A stretch of DNA of 62,794 bases, filler included, from Globobulimina sp. (lineage: Eukaryota): NCBI GenBank assembly GCA_003354225.1. It is 40 parts of 40 records of this genome, joined end to end, with 100 filler letters (N's around TTAATTAATTAA, not from the genome) between each part and the next. Parts side by side here need not be neighbours in the genome. Positions count along the whole stretch, not along the records: positions 11,018 to 12,490 come from PIVH01016125.1; positions 12,591 to 14,063 come from PIVH01016126.1; positions 14,164 to 15,636 come from PIVH01016127.1; positions 15,737 to 17,209 come from PIVH01016128.1; positions 17,310 to 18,782 come from PIVH01016129.1; positions 18,883 to 20,355 come from PIVH01016130.1; positions 20,456 to 21,928 come from PIVH01016131.1; positions 22,029 to 23,501 come from PIVH01016132.1; 32 more parts are not named here. The stretch is one strand, 5' to 3'. Within the stretch, counting starts at the first letter, position 1. Every line of letters starts with the position of its first letter. Both the position numbers and the translations under genes were made by a program. Shown here piece after piece: positions 11,018 through 22,974 of this stretch. The notes below the pieces were generated by a model. The model was not told the origin of the DNA and did not search any database. It saw only the letters and a program-made list of their open reading frames with translations.

Positions 11018-11665
11018 GGTAATTTGCCGATAATCGGATAAGAAGTCGTCGATATCATACTGCTCACTCATTGTCTCATGGATAATGTCGTACATATTGA
11101 CTAATTTCAATCTTTCATCGCCATTTTGATTTTGTTGCGTCTCAATCCATTTATTATACACATTTAATACAAATAATATTCGTTTACAACGTTTCTTAAT
11201 ATCTTTGTTCGTTTTTGGTTCGTTAAATAATGACTCAACACCTTTATATTCATCATTTATACCCAATACATCAAATATATTATTATTATCATATGATATC
11301 ATCTTTTTATTTAAATCAAATGCGTTATATTTTTTTAATTTGTCTAAAATAAGTCCAGTAATTTTCTCATTACATTCATAATTAATATCCGTTGGTTTTA
11401 TAAATTTACTAAATCTTTGTATTTCTTTTCTACTTTGCTTGGAATATTTGACTGTTAACCATTCTTTATCTGTTTCCTCTTTTACATCAATGTCAATAAT
11501 TTGTGCATTGCACCATGTCTTATGTTGACGGGAATAAATTAAACAAAATGAGTTAATCTTCCATAATAATCGTCGACTTACATTACCAATACAATGTACA
11601 ATCTCTTCTTTATCATATCCTAATTTAATTAATTCATTTATTAGCTCTGTTTTAAGTGTAGCCAT
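11018..11665 (-). CDS. Hypothetical protein with Tudor/Agenet-like module, 3'-partial
   Basis: W...CLIYS...W.NAQI...EWLTVKY...KEIQR beta-barrel-like pattern. Confidence 0.55.
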
Positions 11666-12590
11666 TGTTGTTTTATATTGAATTTGTGGCTGATATCAGA
11701 CTGTTTTTGTGTTGGTCAGAACTCAACTAACTAAATCCAGTTAGAACCATCCTTCCAATCCAGCATTCACGTACTTGTGTGTTATTTATTCCGTGTCAGG
11801 TATAGTAAAATAATGTGTTATTTATTCTGTACTATGTCCAATATCCATTGCAAAAGACATTAATTGGTTAGCATTTACATTCAAAATACAATCCGTTAAC
11901 ATGTTGGATTTTATATCTATTTGGGATTTGGCCATGTTATTAATAGTTTTATGTGGATCTATTTGGCTGATCCGGTTATTATGTGGAGAATCAAATGAAT
12001 TTACTTTAGGAATGATGCCTCAGCCTCCACTAAGAAAGAGAAAAATTACAGATCCGAGTGAACATTAATATTTCCAGCCATATTTTATTAATTACAACAT
12101 TTACAAATAACAACTTGATTGTGTATTAATTATGTAACATATTTCTGTAGTTATATTGCCAAATTTGTCTCATGGATTGTTTCAGTTTCACGTAGCACCC
12201 TCTCTCAACCTATGCTTTATGGTAATGTTATAAATAGTTTGCTGTTAATGAAATAGTTGGTTTTTGAACTCTTCTTCAAAACATCTAAGAAACCAATTTG
12301 TACTCTATCGCAAGCGGTTTTTACCACGCAGCAGCACGTAGAAAAACAAAATATCTTTTTCGAACTAAAACAAATTGTGTTAAACTGTTGAGTGCGAGGA
12401 TTGGACAGTATACAGTGCAACAAAAATATGTGGGTAACACCAGCACCAAAATTAGGGAATAATACATGTGAATAATATTAAATGTGTATANNNNNNNNNN
12501 NNNNNNNNNNNNNNNNNNNNNNNNNNNNNNNNNNTTAATTAATTAANNNNNNNNNNNNNNNNNNNNNNNNNNNNNNNNNNNNNNNNNNNN

Positions 12591-14063
12591 AAAGAGTTTC
12601 GACACGAGGCATTGCATAAACAGCTGTCGGAGAAGGAAAAGCTATTGAAATCGTTGCAAAAGGAGATAAAAGCGATGAAGAGAGAGGGCAGGAAACATGA
12701 ATCTGAGGTTGTGATCGCGAAGAATAATTTCGATGCGTTGGATGTCACCATTCGCGAGAAAGAGAATGCGATATTTAGCGAGTTTGGCGGCGGCGAATTG
12801 GGCGTAGCCTCGATGAGGGAATATGAGGAGTTTAAGTTGAAGAGAATTGAGGAGCGGACGGAGCAAAAAAAGAAATTTAATGTCGAGCTGATTGAACTTG
12901 AAAATAAATATACCTTTGTTCTCAATAAAAATGTCAAGAATAAAAAAGAAATTAAGAAGTTGGACAAACGAATACAAAAATTAAAACGTGAAATTACAGC
13001 GGTGGAACATAATAAATTGCAAAAATTAAACAAAGAAATTGAAAAAGCAGAGAGAAATATGGAGAATGAGGAGCATAAAAGTGACGAAATTCAGGATGAG
13101 GCGAAGAGTAAACGCCAGATTGTGAGTGATAAGAAAAAGGAAATCGATTTGAAACGACGCGAGATTACCGACAAAATGAAAGAAAAAGGAAACTTGAAAG
13201 GATGGGTCGAGAAATTGTCCCAGACCCAAAAGAATATTCTATTGCAAGCGAAGCACGAAATGGTTCCATTGAAAAGCAAAAAACAATTAAAATCGCCCAA
13301 GAAAAAGAAAAAAAAGAAAAAAGGCGGACGTGGACATCGCCGCAAAAGACGCAGAAAGAACGACGGCGATTCGTCGGATGAACGGGAAGATGATGAAAGT
13401 GATTTGGATGAAGACAGCGACGAAGAGCACAAAACGGATGATGACGATTTGATGGATCTGGACGAGCCAGAATCAGAGCAAGACTCTGACGATGACGATG
13501 TGGATATTGTGGGGAGAATGACGCGTAGATTGGGCGGCATTGACTTGACTGAATTTGAACGAAGAAGCAACGATAACAACCGTAATAATAATAATAATAT
13601 CGATGCGATGGACGAGGATGAGTTTGAAGACGAGGAAGAGGAGGAAGAGGAGGAAGAGGAAGAGAAAAAAGGGGAGGAATTTGAGTACGAATCGCATAAA
13701 AAAAGCTATTTATTACAGATTGAAGAGTTGGCCAACAAAGTGAATGAATTGGAGCCGAATATGAAGGCATTGGAACAGTACAAGCGATTACAGAATAAAT
13801 GGAAAAGTGGTAAGAGTAAACAGAAGGAGATGCGTAAGAAAGTGAGCGGGATTAACAATCGCGTGGACAAAATCCGTGAGGAGCGGTGTAATAAATTCAC
13901 AGACTGTTTTGACCGAATTCAGGCGAATATCGGCATCATTTATAGTGAGTTGACGCGGAATCGGCAATATAAGAATGGGGGCAAAGCGTTTTTGAATATT
14001 GGTGGCTTATTGAATCCGTTTGATGATGAAATTGTTTTTGCAGCAATGCCGCCGGGTAAACCG
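12591..14063 (+). CDS. SMC1: Cohesin subunit SMC1, C-terminal coiled-coil fragment
   Basis: Long coiled coil, PNMKA...ERCNKFTDCFDRI...IYSELT...GGKAFL...AMPPGK leading toward the signature motif. Confidence 0.88.
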
Positions 14064-14163
14064 NNNNNNNNNNNNNNNNNNNNNNNNNNNNNNNNNNNNN
14101 NNNNNNNTTAATTAATTAANNNNNNNNNNNNNNNNNNNNNNNNNNNNNNNNNNNNNNNNNNNN

Positions 14164-14256
14164 GATTTGGGTCTGGTGGTAATTTCTGAGGGATACATGA
14201 AACTGACGGCTAAGGCGCTGCCGGTTGCGAATCAGGTTTTGAGCGAACTGGTTTAA
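14164..14256 (+). CDS. hemW: C-terminus of bacterial HemW/HemN-like radical SAM protein
   Basis: DLGLVVISEGYMKLTAKALPVANQVLSELV* resembles the HemN_C ending. Confidence 0.55.
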   Translation, partial: DLGLVVISEGYMKLTAKALPVANQVLSELV

Positions 14257-14260
14257 GTGA

Positions 14261-14299
14261 AAAGGCAAAAGGCATAAGGCACTAGGCACAAGGCACTAG
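14261..14299 (+). repeat. Heptamer tandem repeat (NNAGGCA)x5 plus CTAG
   Basis: aaaggca aaaggca taaggca ctaggca caaggca ctag. Confidence 0.85.
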
Positions 14300-15451
14300 T
14301 GACCCGTTCGGTTAGTTCTATCTTTTATTGGCATAATATGTTATGTTGCCTGCATGGCACGTACACATGAAAACTATACTATTACGGCAGAGGAGCAACA
14401 GGCGCTTGAGGCCTTGTTGCGATCCCCCAAAACAGCTCAAAGTCTAGTAACTCGGGCTCGAATTGTCCTCCTTACAGCAGCTGGCAATATAGCTGAAGAG
14501 GTCGCCACTGAACTTGGTACGACTTTACGAAAAGTCTATCGTTGGCGCAAGCGTTTCAAGGAGCAAAGTCTTAATGGCCTTCACGACTTACCGCGAAGCG
14601 GACAACCCAAAAAACTCTCTGAAAAAAAGATCAAAGAGGTTTTACGAATGACCGTTGAATGCATTCCACGGGAGGCGACTCACTGGAGCGTGCGCCTAAT
14701 GGCCAAAGCTGCCGAGATTACTACTTGGCAGGTTCAGCAAATATGGAAAGCTGCCGATTTAAAGCCACACCGCCTTAAGACTTTTAAAATCAGCAATGAT
14801 CCTCATTTTGCTGACAAGGTCATTGATGTAGTCGGCCTTTATATGAACCCTCCTGATAATGCTGTTGTCTTATCCGTAGATGAAAAAACTCAAATTCAGG
14901 CCTTAGATCGGACACAGCCCATGCTTCCTCTCAGGCCTGGTCAAATTGAACGTCGCACCCATGACTACAAGCGTAATGGCACGACTAATCTGTATGCCGC
15001 ATTTGACTTGTTGACCGGCAAGATAATTGGGCGAACCACAAAACGTCATAGGGCCAAGGAATTCCTAGATTTTCTTCGCCAAATTAATCGCTCAATGCCA
15101 AAGGATCTTGATTTGCATATCATTTTAGATAATAGCAGTACGCACAAAACGCCAGATGTTAAGAAATGGCTTGCGGCTAATCCTCGGTTCATAATGCATT
15201 TTACACCTACCAGCGCTTCATGGCTTAATGCCGTGGAAAGCTGGTTTGGACAACTGGAACGACGATCAATTCATCGAGGAGTTTTTTCAAGTGTCAAAGA
15301 ACTTCGAGATGAAATACATCGGTTTATTAAGGTTCATAATTCAAATAGTGCCAAACCTTTTAAATGGAATAAAAGTGCTAAGTCGATCATTAATTCAGTT
15401 GAACGAGCAAAGAAAAAATTAAATGATAACACTAACCAAACGGGACACTAG
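14296..15451 (+). mobile_element. Complete IS630-family insertion sequence
   Basis: IRL CTAGTGACCCGTTCGGTTAGT versus IRR reverse complement CTAGTGTCCCGTTTGGTTAGT (2 mismatches); CTAG at both ends. Confidence 0.93.
14354..15451 (+). CDS. IS630-family DDE transposase
   Basis: HTH N-terminus, VDEKTQIQAL, ILDNSSTHK, SWLNAVESWF. Confidence 0.96.
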   Translation: MARTHENYTITAEEQQALEALLRSPKTAQSLVTRARIVLLTAAGNIAEEVATELGTTLRKVYRWRKRFKEQSLNGLHDLPRSGQPKKLSEKKIKEVLRMTVECIPREATHWSVRLMAKAAEITTWQVQQIWKAADLKPHRLKTFKISNDPHFADKVIDVVGLYMNPPDNAVVLSVDEKTQIQALDRTQPMLPLRPGQIERRTHDYKRNGTTNLYAAFDLLTGKIIGRTTKRHRAKEFLDFLRQINRSMPKDLDLHIILDNSSTHKTPDVKKWLAANPRFIMHFTPTSASWLNAVESWFGQLERRSIHRGVFSSVKELRDEIHRFIKVHNSNSAKPFKWNKSAKSIINSVERAKKKLNDNTNQTGH

Positions 15452-16210
15452 CTAGTGCTTGTCAATAAGCACACGTTTTTAGACAGAGCCATTTTTCATG
15501 ATCATCTTGCATAACATTTTAATTTTATTAATATTTTAGCTATGAACGAATGCTTATCGCATCTGAAAGCAAAAAACACGTATTGACTGGTAAACGACTC
15601 TTAATTTCGAGAATTGAATAGTTTATCAGTGTTGTGNNNNNNNNNNNNNNNNNNNNNNNNNNNNNNNNNNNNNNNNNNNNTTAATTAATTAANNNNNNNN
15701 NNNNNNNNNNNNNNNNNNNNNNNNNNNNNNNNNNNNTTTGCTGCTTTTTTGATGTAATTTGTGATTGTTTTGTGATTTTAGGTCTAGTTTTAATATCGTT
15801 ACTTACAATGTTGTGCTTGAATTAATCGTTATTTGCGTCATATATATATAATATATATAATAGTAAAATAATTTTCGGAATTAAACAAAATTTATTTGGA
15901 TATTAAATGAAACTTTATGACCGTAAAAATCCGATCGCTAAATATTAGCAAATTGAATCGCTTCAATCAACAAAAAACAATAATAAACTAAAGTTTAGTA
16001 AATGAGTAGTGAGAAAAATGCAGCAAATATTAATGTGCTACTCGTTAGAAACGCCACTGAATATTCGGCATACAGTGGGTGGTATATATCTGAATATCGA
16101 CTCTAAACACTATATGAAAGAATAAAGAATAAATCTAAAAATTAGAAAATAAACAAATAATACAAAAGATTTAATGGACACTAAGGAAACATATACATTA
16201 TAATTTCTAA

Positions 16211-17209
16211 TCAATACTCAAACAATAAACGCGTACCGCGCAAATTCACCATTTTCTTATATTTACTCACCAATCTCTTAAACCTATTTATTGTCTCAAT
16301 ATCCTCGCCAATATATACCACACCTCCACATCCTCCGGATACCAATTCGAATTCAGGCAATCTTTTTTTCTTTGCAATGCTATGATTTATCTTAACTTCA
16401 ACATCCAATCTGCGGACATCTAATATCATCTTAACTTTCCACTTCTCATTTGGCACAATAACAATATCATCAAATAGAAAAAATAAGCGTTGATGTTTTA
16501 TTTCTTTTTTAATGAAAATAAATTGCTGTATAAACATCCGATCATTGTCAATGATCGGTTGCTTCAATCCATTCAATTCTTGTTGAATGTGTAAACATTG
16601 CGATAAGTTCTCAATCTTTCTCTTCCTTTCATTTATTTCTTGCGTGATATCGTTAATCATCTCAACTGCGGCATTAATGTCTGCATAGTCATCACTTGCT
16701 TGTTCTGTATGTCTCAGCAGATCTGTTAACAGCAAAATGTATCTCGGTACGCGCTGCACGGGCAATATCAAGAAACCTGACAAAGGTTTCCGTTCTCTTC
16801 GTTTCGCCTTCAAAAATGCAGCCAATTCCAAATTGCCATGAAATGTGGACCCAAATAGATCCAAAATCGAGTCATAATCCTTAAGGTATTTGCATAAATA
16901 ATGTACTCTGTTTCTATGGCCTGTACATAACAATTGACATTTAACAGTGTATATTATTTACAGTGTCTACCTTAATGAATTCAATATAAATATCAATGAA
17001 TTTCTCTTTATTATCCATAATGCATTGATTAAACACACTCGCCAATGTCTTACTATTCTGTGCCTCATAAACAACATTCAGTTCGTGCCAAAACTCTGCA
17101 TGAAATTGCAATATCTGCGGCAACGAAGATCTAATCTGTGCATAATACTTCTTATCCACATAACCATTATCGAACATAGGTTGTATCAAACCATTCAGCA
17201 ACGTATCCA
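16211..17209 (-). CDS. RhoGEF (DH-PH) protein; intron 16880..16970; 5'-partial
   Basis: LILPVQRVPRYILLLTDLLRHT DH motif; RLFFLFDD PH motif; splice joins IEFIK|DYDS. Confidence 0.9.
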
Positions 17210-17309
17210 NNNNNNNNNNNNNNNNNNNNNNNNNNNNNNNNNNNNNNNNNNNNTTAATTAATTAANNNNNNNNNNNNNNNNNNNNNNNNNNNNNNNNNNN
17301 NNNNNNNNN

Positions 17310-18494
17310 CGACCGGATAAATTCCAAAGGTCTAACTATTATAATAACCAACATTCGAACAAATCAAATAATTCCAATTCAACCTATATGTCGTCCACAA
17401 CTGCCCAATCTAACAATACCTCCATAAATACCATCAATTCGTCAGGTTTTAGCAGTGATAACCAACAACAAATGCAAATGCAAATGCAAATGCAGCAACC
17501 ACCCCAACCATTATTTGATATTACAGTGCATTCTTCGCATTCTTCCTATTCGCAATCGCATGGTCAACAACCAATACCTATCCATTATCATCCATACGAC
17601 ATCCCATCATATCACACCTTCCACACTCAGCAACAAGCACTTCCACGTTCCAGTACATCCAATATAAATATCATGGAATTGGATGAAATGGACAATGGAC
17701 TCATAGCCAAAGTGGAAGAGGAGAAGAAATCCAACTCACTTCTCAATAAACATCGCCTCAAACTCACTGACCATGTCATACAAAATAATAACAAATATCA
17801 TCACAATCCGCAAGCAAATACACGCCATTTAGAATTGAAAACATTTGCTGGCGATATCCGTGCGTATAATACGTGGATTTCATGCATTCAAAACCAATAT
17901 AATGATACAATCTTTTTTTATGTATTATATCCGAAATTGTGTGCGTATTTTATAGATATTGTCAAAACAACACGGTATCCGACGGCAAGTGACTTAAGGA
18001 ATGTGTTCACGCGACACGGAGCCATTGCTAATAAGTATAAAAATGACAACAACACCTATTTGTCTGTGGATAGGATACATTTCATTTCGTTTTGGAAGTG
18101 GTTCAAAGAGTGTTGCCAAGTTATAAAGGAATTGCGTTTTTTGTGGATTACGGCTGCAAACACTAAAGGCATTGAGCAGAAAGTGGCTGGTTTGGGGGTG
18201 AATTTTTTCTGTCAACGAGTCGAATGCGAATCAGATTTATTGCAAAGTGAAATGGAGGGCACCTTTGTATTGCGATTGTCGTCGGTCGTCGAAGGTGGTG
18301 TCGTATTAAGTTACGTCGAGAAACATGTTGTGAAGAAATTGCAGTGCAAACATGTTTGTTTAATCAGACAATCCAACGGAATGTATCTATGTAATAAGAA
18401 AATACTGTCTTTGCATGATATCATTCGTAATTTCGTTAAATTAAAGTTTTTGTATACTCCAAGTAGACCAATACCAAAAAATAAAATATTTTAA
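17310..18494 (+). CDS. STAT-type linker-SH2 domain protein (frame open to contig start)
   Basis: SFWKWF...LRFLW...GTFVLRLSS...GGVVLSYV...LKFLY...IPKNKIF. Confidence 0.8.
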   Translation, partial: RPDKFQRSNYYNNQHSNKSNNSNSTYMSSTTAQSNNTSINTINSSGFSSDNQQQMQMQMQMQQPPQPLFDITVHSSHSSYSQSHGQQPIPIHYHPYDIPSYHTFHTQQQALPRSSTSNINIMELDEMDNGLIAKVEEEKKSNSLLNKHRLKLTDHVIQNNNKYHHNPQANTRHLELKTFAGDIRAYNTWISCIQNQYNDTIFFYVLYPKLCAYFIDIVKTTRYPTASDLRNVFTRHGAIANKYKNDNNTYLSVDRIHFISFWKWFKECCQVIKELRFLWITAANTKGIEQKVAGLGVNFFCQRVECESDLLQSEMEGTFVLRLSSVVEGGVVLSYVEKHVVKKLQCKHVCLIRQSNGMYLCNKKILSLHDIIRNFVKLKFLYTPSRPIPKNKIF

Positions 18495-18882
18495 GTAATT
18501 TATATTCGTTTTTATTTTTATTGTTGTAGTCGACTGATTTAATTTTATTAACTCTGTATTTGTAGCTATATTTCTTTTATTTATTCCTTATGTGTATGTT
18601 CTATTCATCTTATTTTTTCCCCTTCGTTATTTGCAATGAATCAAATCAAATCAAATTAGAATCAAAAACAATGTACAAGAAGAACAATTTTTTTTTTGTT
18701 TTTTTTTTGATTTTCATTTTGTATTGTTTCATGCGTCAATCTTTTCAATTTTTTTTTGTTCTTTTTTTTTTTGTTATACAATNNNNNNNNNNNNNNNNNN
18801 NNNNNNNNNNNNNNNNNNNNNNNNNNTTAATTAATTAANNNNNNNNNNNNNNNNNNNNNNNNNNNNNNNNNNNNNNNNNNNN

Positions 18883-19774
18883 CTCTTTCCTTTGCTTCAA
18901 AGTCATTCTTTAAAACATCAATTTTTCGCCGTTCTTCATCGTCCACACCATTCAATGCTTCCTGTTCTTGCAATAATTTATCTTTTTCCTCCTCATACAT
19001 TAATCTCATATTTGCACTCTCATTCTTCTCCGCTGCTAATTCTTTGCGTAAATCTTCGTTTTGATTGCGGATTTCAATGATTTTATCAGATTTCATGTTT
19101 CGTGCGTCTTTAATCACATTTTCATTTCGTAAAATTTCTTGTTTTCGTGCATTTAATTCATTTTTTAATTTAATATTTTCTTGTTCTAACTGTTTAATTT
19201 TTACATTCAATGCAAATGTCGGATTATTTGTTGTTGCGCATTTTAAAATATGTTTTTTTATTAAATCAGTTAATTTTCCTTTCCATTCACAGTTATTCTC
19301 ATTTTTTTCATTCTCATTCGATTTAAATGGTTGATTGCCTTCTTTTTCATCATTAATATTAATATTATTATCACCCAATGTATCCATTATTTGTTGATTA
19401 TTATTTTGTTGCACAATATTTCTCAGTTTATATTGTTGCGAATAGGGACAAATAACAATTGATCCCAATACTTGTCTTCTTATTGCTTTGATTGCAGCTA
19501 TTTGTGGATTAATATGCGAATTAATAATACATTTATTCTCATTCTGTTGAATTAAATGAATTAAACATTGTTTACAATATAAAAATATATCATCATCTTC
19601 TTTATGATCACAATCTAATTCGACTGCATCACAACATACAAAACCACAACTTGCACATAAAAAACCTGACATTTTATTTGCATCATTAAATAATGCCATA
19701 TTCCATCCTCTATTATCGACTTTTAATAATGATAATAGTTCTCTTTCCATTGATGTCTCTGCTCGAGCTGCCAT
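18883..19774 (-). CDS. RING/TRAF-type zinc-finger plus coiled-coil protein, 3'-partial
   Basis: CASC...ELDCDH...YCKQCL...C..H...CPYS...CEWKG.L..L..H..C. Confidence 0.85.
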
Positions 19775-19849
19775 TCAATGTTTTTATGAATATTAACTTT
19801 TCTATCTAACAAATTTGTAGCAAAGATAACAAAGTCTACATCAAGTATC

Positions 19850-20355
19850 ATGTGCGCGTTAACAACAGCAAGAGCACATTCAGAAAATGATAATATAGCC
19901 ACAATTGACATGGCTAATCTCTCAGAAAACACCGCATTAAAAAAACAGATTGACACAACAATACTAACGACGGAAACGAAAAACAATGATCTCAGCGACA
20001 ACAATGGAGCCCAGCTCGATTCAGTAGCATTAGCAGTGAACCTCTCATTATTCATTAATGTCTTGTTATTAATCTCTAAAGCATTTGTATACGCACTGAC
20101 CTTTTCTTTCGCTGTTATCGCGTCATTGGTTGATTCTGCTTTAGATATATTATCGCAAATTATTATATATTGGACAGATAGGAAAGTTCGTCGACCGCAT
20201 GATTCCAAATATCCAGTCGGCAAAACCCGCTTAGAACCGGTTGGAATTTTGACCGTTTGCATAGTAATGGTAATGTTGATTGCTTCTGTGATACGCGAAT
20301 CTGTGCAAGAATTAATAGAGCAAAATCATAATGTCACCTGGTCTGTCATTGGCAT
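19850..20355 (+). CDS. Cation diffusion facilitator (Mn-CDF/MTP-like), 3'-partial
   Basis: SFAVIASLVDSALDILS, KYPVGKTRLEPVG. Confidence 0.92.
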
Positions 20356-21276
20356 NNNNNNNNNNNNNNNNNNNNNNNNNNNNNNNNNNNNNNNNNNNNT
20401 TAATTAATTAANNNNNNNNNNNNNNNNNNNNNNNNNNNNNNNNNNNNNNNNNNNNTTTTCGTAAAAATTGATGAAAATAGGCGATTTTTAGCGATTTTTT
20501 TCGAAAATCGGCAAATTTTTACCGAAAATTTTGAATTTCGAAATGTCGGATTTGGCGCCAAATTTTTCGACCCACCCCACCCGAAGGTCCGGTCGACCCC
20601 CCTCCCACCGGCGACCCGTATGGCTGGGATTGCAGATTAAAAAAATACCTGAACTCACTTTGTACTTTAGAAAACCAGGTGAAAATCCAGAATAAAATTT
20701 CAAATAATATATTTTGTCCATAAACTTTATCACCAAGCACAGTCCGGTTAGGGCGAATGAGAGCTCTGTCAAAAGCTTTTAATTCAGGATCAAACACATG
20801 AACATCAGAAAAATCAGGAAGTGGGTGTTTTCCGTAACGACCAGTATCCTTCTTTTCTACATTTGCGGATCCTTCCAATTCGTTGTTTGCAATAAAGACT
20901 TTCTGAAAAATACATTTTTATTTACAGACACACCACACATTTGGTGCACTATGACACTAAGCAAACACGGACTAGGTTATTTTTCCGACTCCTCAAGGCG
21001 ATCAAACTGTGTTGCTGTCACGAGAGTGACATGTATACTAACAAAATATTGTAGCTGACAGCTCAAGGCCACAACACCTTGCCGTACTACTATCCATTTT
21101 TCAACGCAGGCCACTGGTCTGGTGCACGCACAGTATAGTAGTTTTACTACAGTTATGTGTACTGTATGCCCAAGGGCGTAGCCAGCCAGGGGTGTGCCGT
21201 GCCTGTGCGGGTGTAAACTCATCAAAACATCACTTTTGTGAGGGTAAAGATAAATGAGTGTAGTTATAAGCTTCGT

Positions 21277-21428
21277 GGTTTATTCTACACTTTATGGCTT
21301 CATCAAGAAGCAAGTTAATTCATGTTAAAGCTAGGTGTAGTTTTAGGTTTATTCTACACTTTATGACTTCATCAAGAAGCAAGTTAATTCATGTTAAACT
21401 TGTAGGACTTCATCAAGAAGCAAGTTAA
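21277..21428 (+). repeat. 69-bp-period tandem repeat (2 copies plus partial)
   Basis: GTTTATTCTACACTTTATG(G/A)CTTCATCAAGAAGCAAGTTAATTCATGTTAAA repeated. Confidence 0.85.
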
Positions 21429-22028
21429 CTTAGCAAGTAGAGCTGCCGCGACACCCAAAACTAACACCCAAAAAAACAAGTACATGTACTTCCTTCAATC
21501 TATACTTTGTATTCCAACAACTAACTAACAACTTTGTCATACTGAGTTCAAATGATATGAAAGTTCGTCGATATCGATATTCAAAAACAATGGATAACAA
21601 TGCTGCAGTTACTGTGCAATATTGAATGATGAAATGCTATTTGTTGCAGTAGCTATATGTAGATACTTCAATAATAATAATCATACTTTTATCTCCAAAA
21701 TTACGAACAACTTCCATTCCTAACAACAAACAAACAGCTGACAGACATGATGAAGAGACATAATAGCACACTGCACATTAACATCATTAACACATACAAA
21801 CAAACACAAACAAACAGTACATTATATGAAACGAATAAAGTCTACATTTGCAAACGTTTTTTGCCTTTTTCTACAGCTACATAATCGAGGGATCCCGTTG
21901 ATTCCATTTCATTTTCGGCCGTTTGAGGNNNNNNNNNNNNNNNNNNNNNNNNNNNNNNNNNNNNNNNNNNNNTTAATTAATTAANNNNNNNNNNNNNNNN
22001 NNNNNNNNNNNNNNNNNNNNNNNNNNNN

Positions 22029-22974
22029 CAAAATCATCTTCGATAATAAAATCAAACAAGTCAGAGCCGCCATGTTCCATTGACAAGTAATAATTGTTGT
22101 CGTCGTCAAAGAAATTGTCATATTTGGTGAAGGAAGTCATGATTAAACCGTTCCTATTCTCCGTCAAATACTTTAATATGATGCATTCTTTTAATATATT
22201 CTCATAAATGCCAAACTTTTTGCCATTTTGCACCGTCACATGTTCGTTGTGTAATAATTTGCTCGTTTTTTTAATCACGACTTGCAATTCATGGCCGTGC
22301 TCATATTCATATTCATGCTCATTGTCGGACGCTTTATTGGCTATAAATATATTCCCTTGTAATGTTTTTGTGATTGTTTTTGTTTTGAAATATCCGAACT
22401 TGCCTAATATCTCTGCTTCTAACTCCTCCTCCGATTCTTCCCTCGGTTTCAGTGCTTCGTCGTTTGCGTTTGACTGAGTTTCGTCAATGCTGTCCATGAC
22501 AGGTTGAGTGGTCGGGAATTCTTCCTTGGTGCCGGGAGTGCTTTTTTTCATGGTGGGAGTCGGTGTTTTTTCATGAATGGTGACTTTGTAATTTTTGGGC
22601 GCATTTTCGTCGTTTTCGTCGCCATGGTTAAACATGAACGATTGCTTTGTATTTGGCGTCAACGGAGTCACGGATTGCTTAATATTGTCATCATTGTGCT
22701 CATGGTGCTGATTATTATGAGGGTTACCTTCTGGATTATGATTTAATTTGATGGTGAGATCGATTTTCGAGGCCTTGGTGTATGACGAAGTGGGTGTGGT
22801 GACATCGGCGGTGTCGTTTGAGAATTGTGAGTTGTGCGAGAGATTGGAAGTGGTGGAGTCGCACGCTTTGATGGATGGCACTTGGATGGAGGATGAGAAT
22901 GTATTCGATAAATTGGTATTCAATGTTTCCGAATTGAGATCAATGGATAATTGCGAAATGGATGGCGTTGACAT
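22029..22974 (-). CDS. Ser/Thr protein kinase, N-lobe only (3'-partial), long disordered N-terminus
   Basis: TLQG...VVIKK...ENILKE...YYLSMEHGGSDLFDFI (subdomains I-V). Confidence 0.85.

Noticed and set aside
21277..21428. CRISPR-like array (also 30033..30114)
   Set aside because: Only 2-3 degenerate copies, no unique spacers of uniform length, no cas genes
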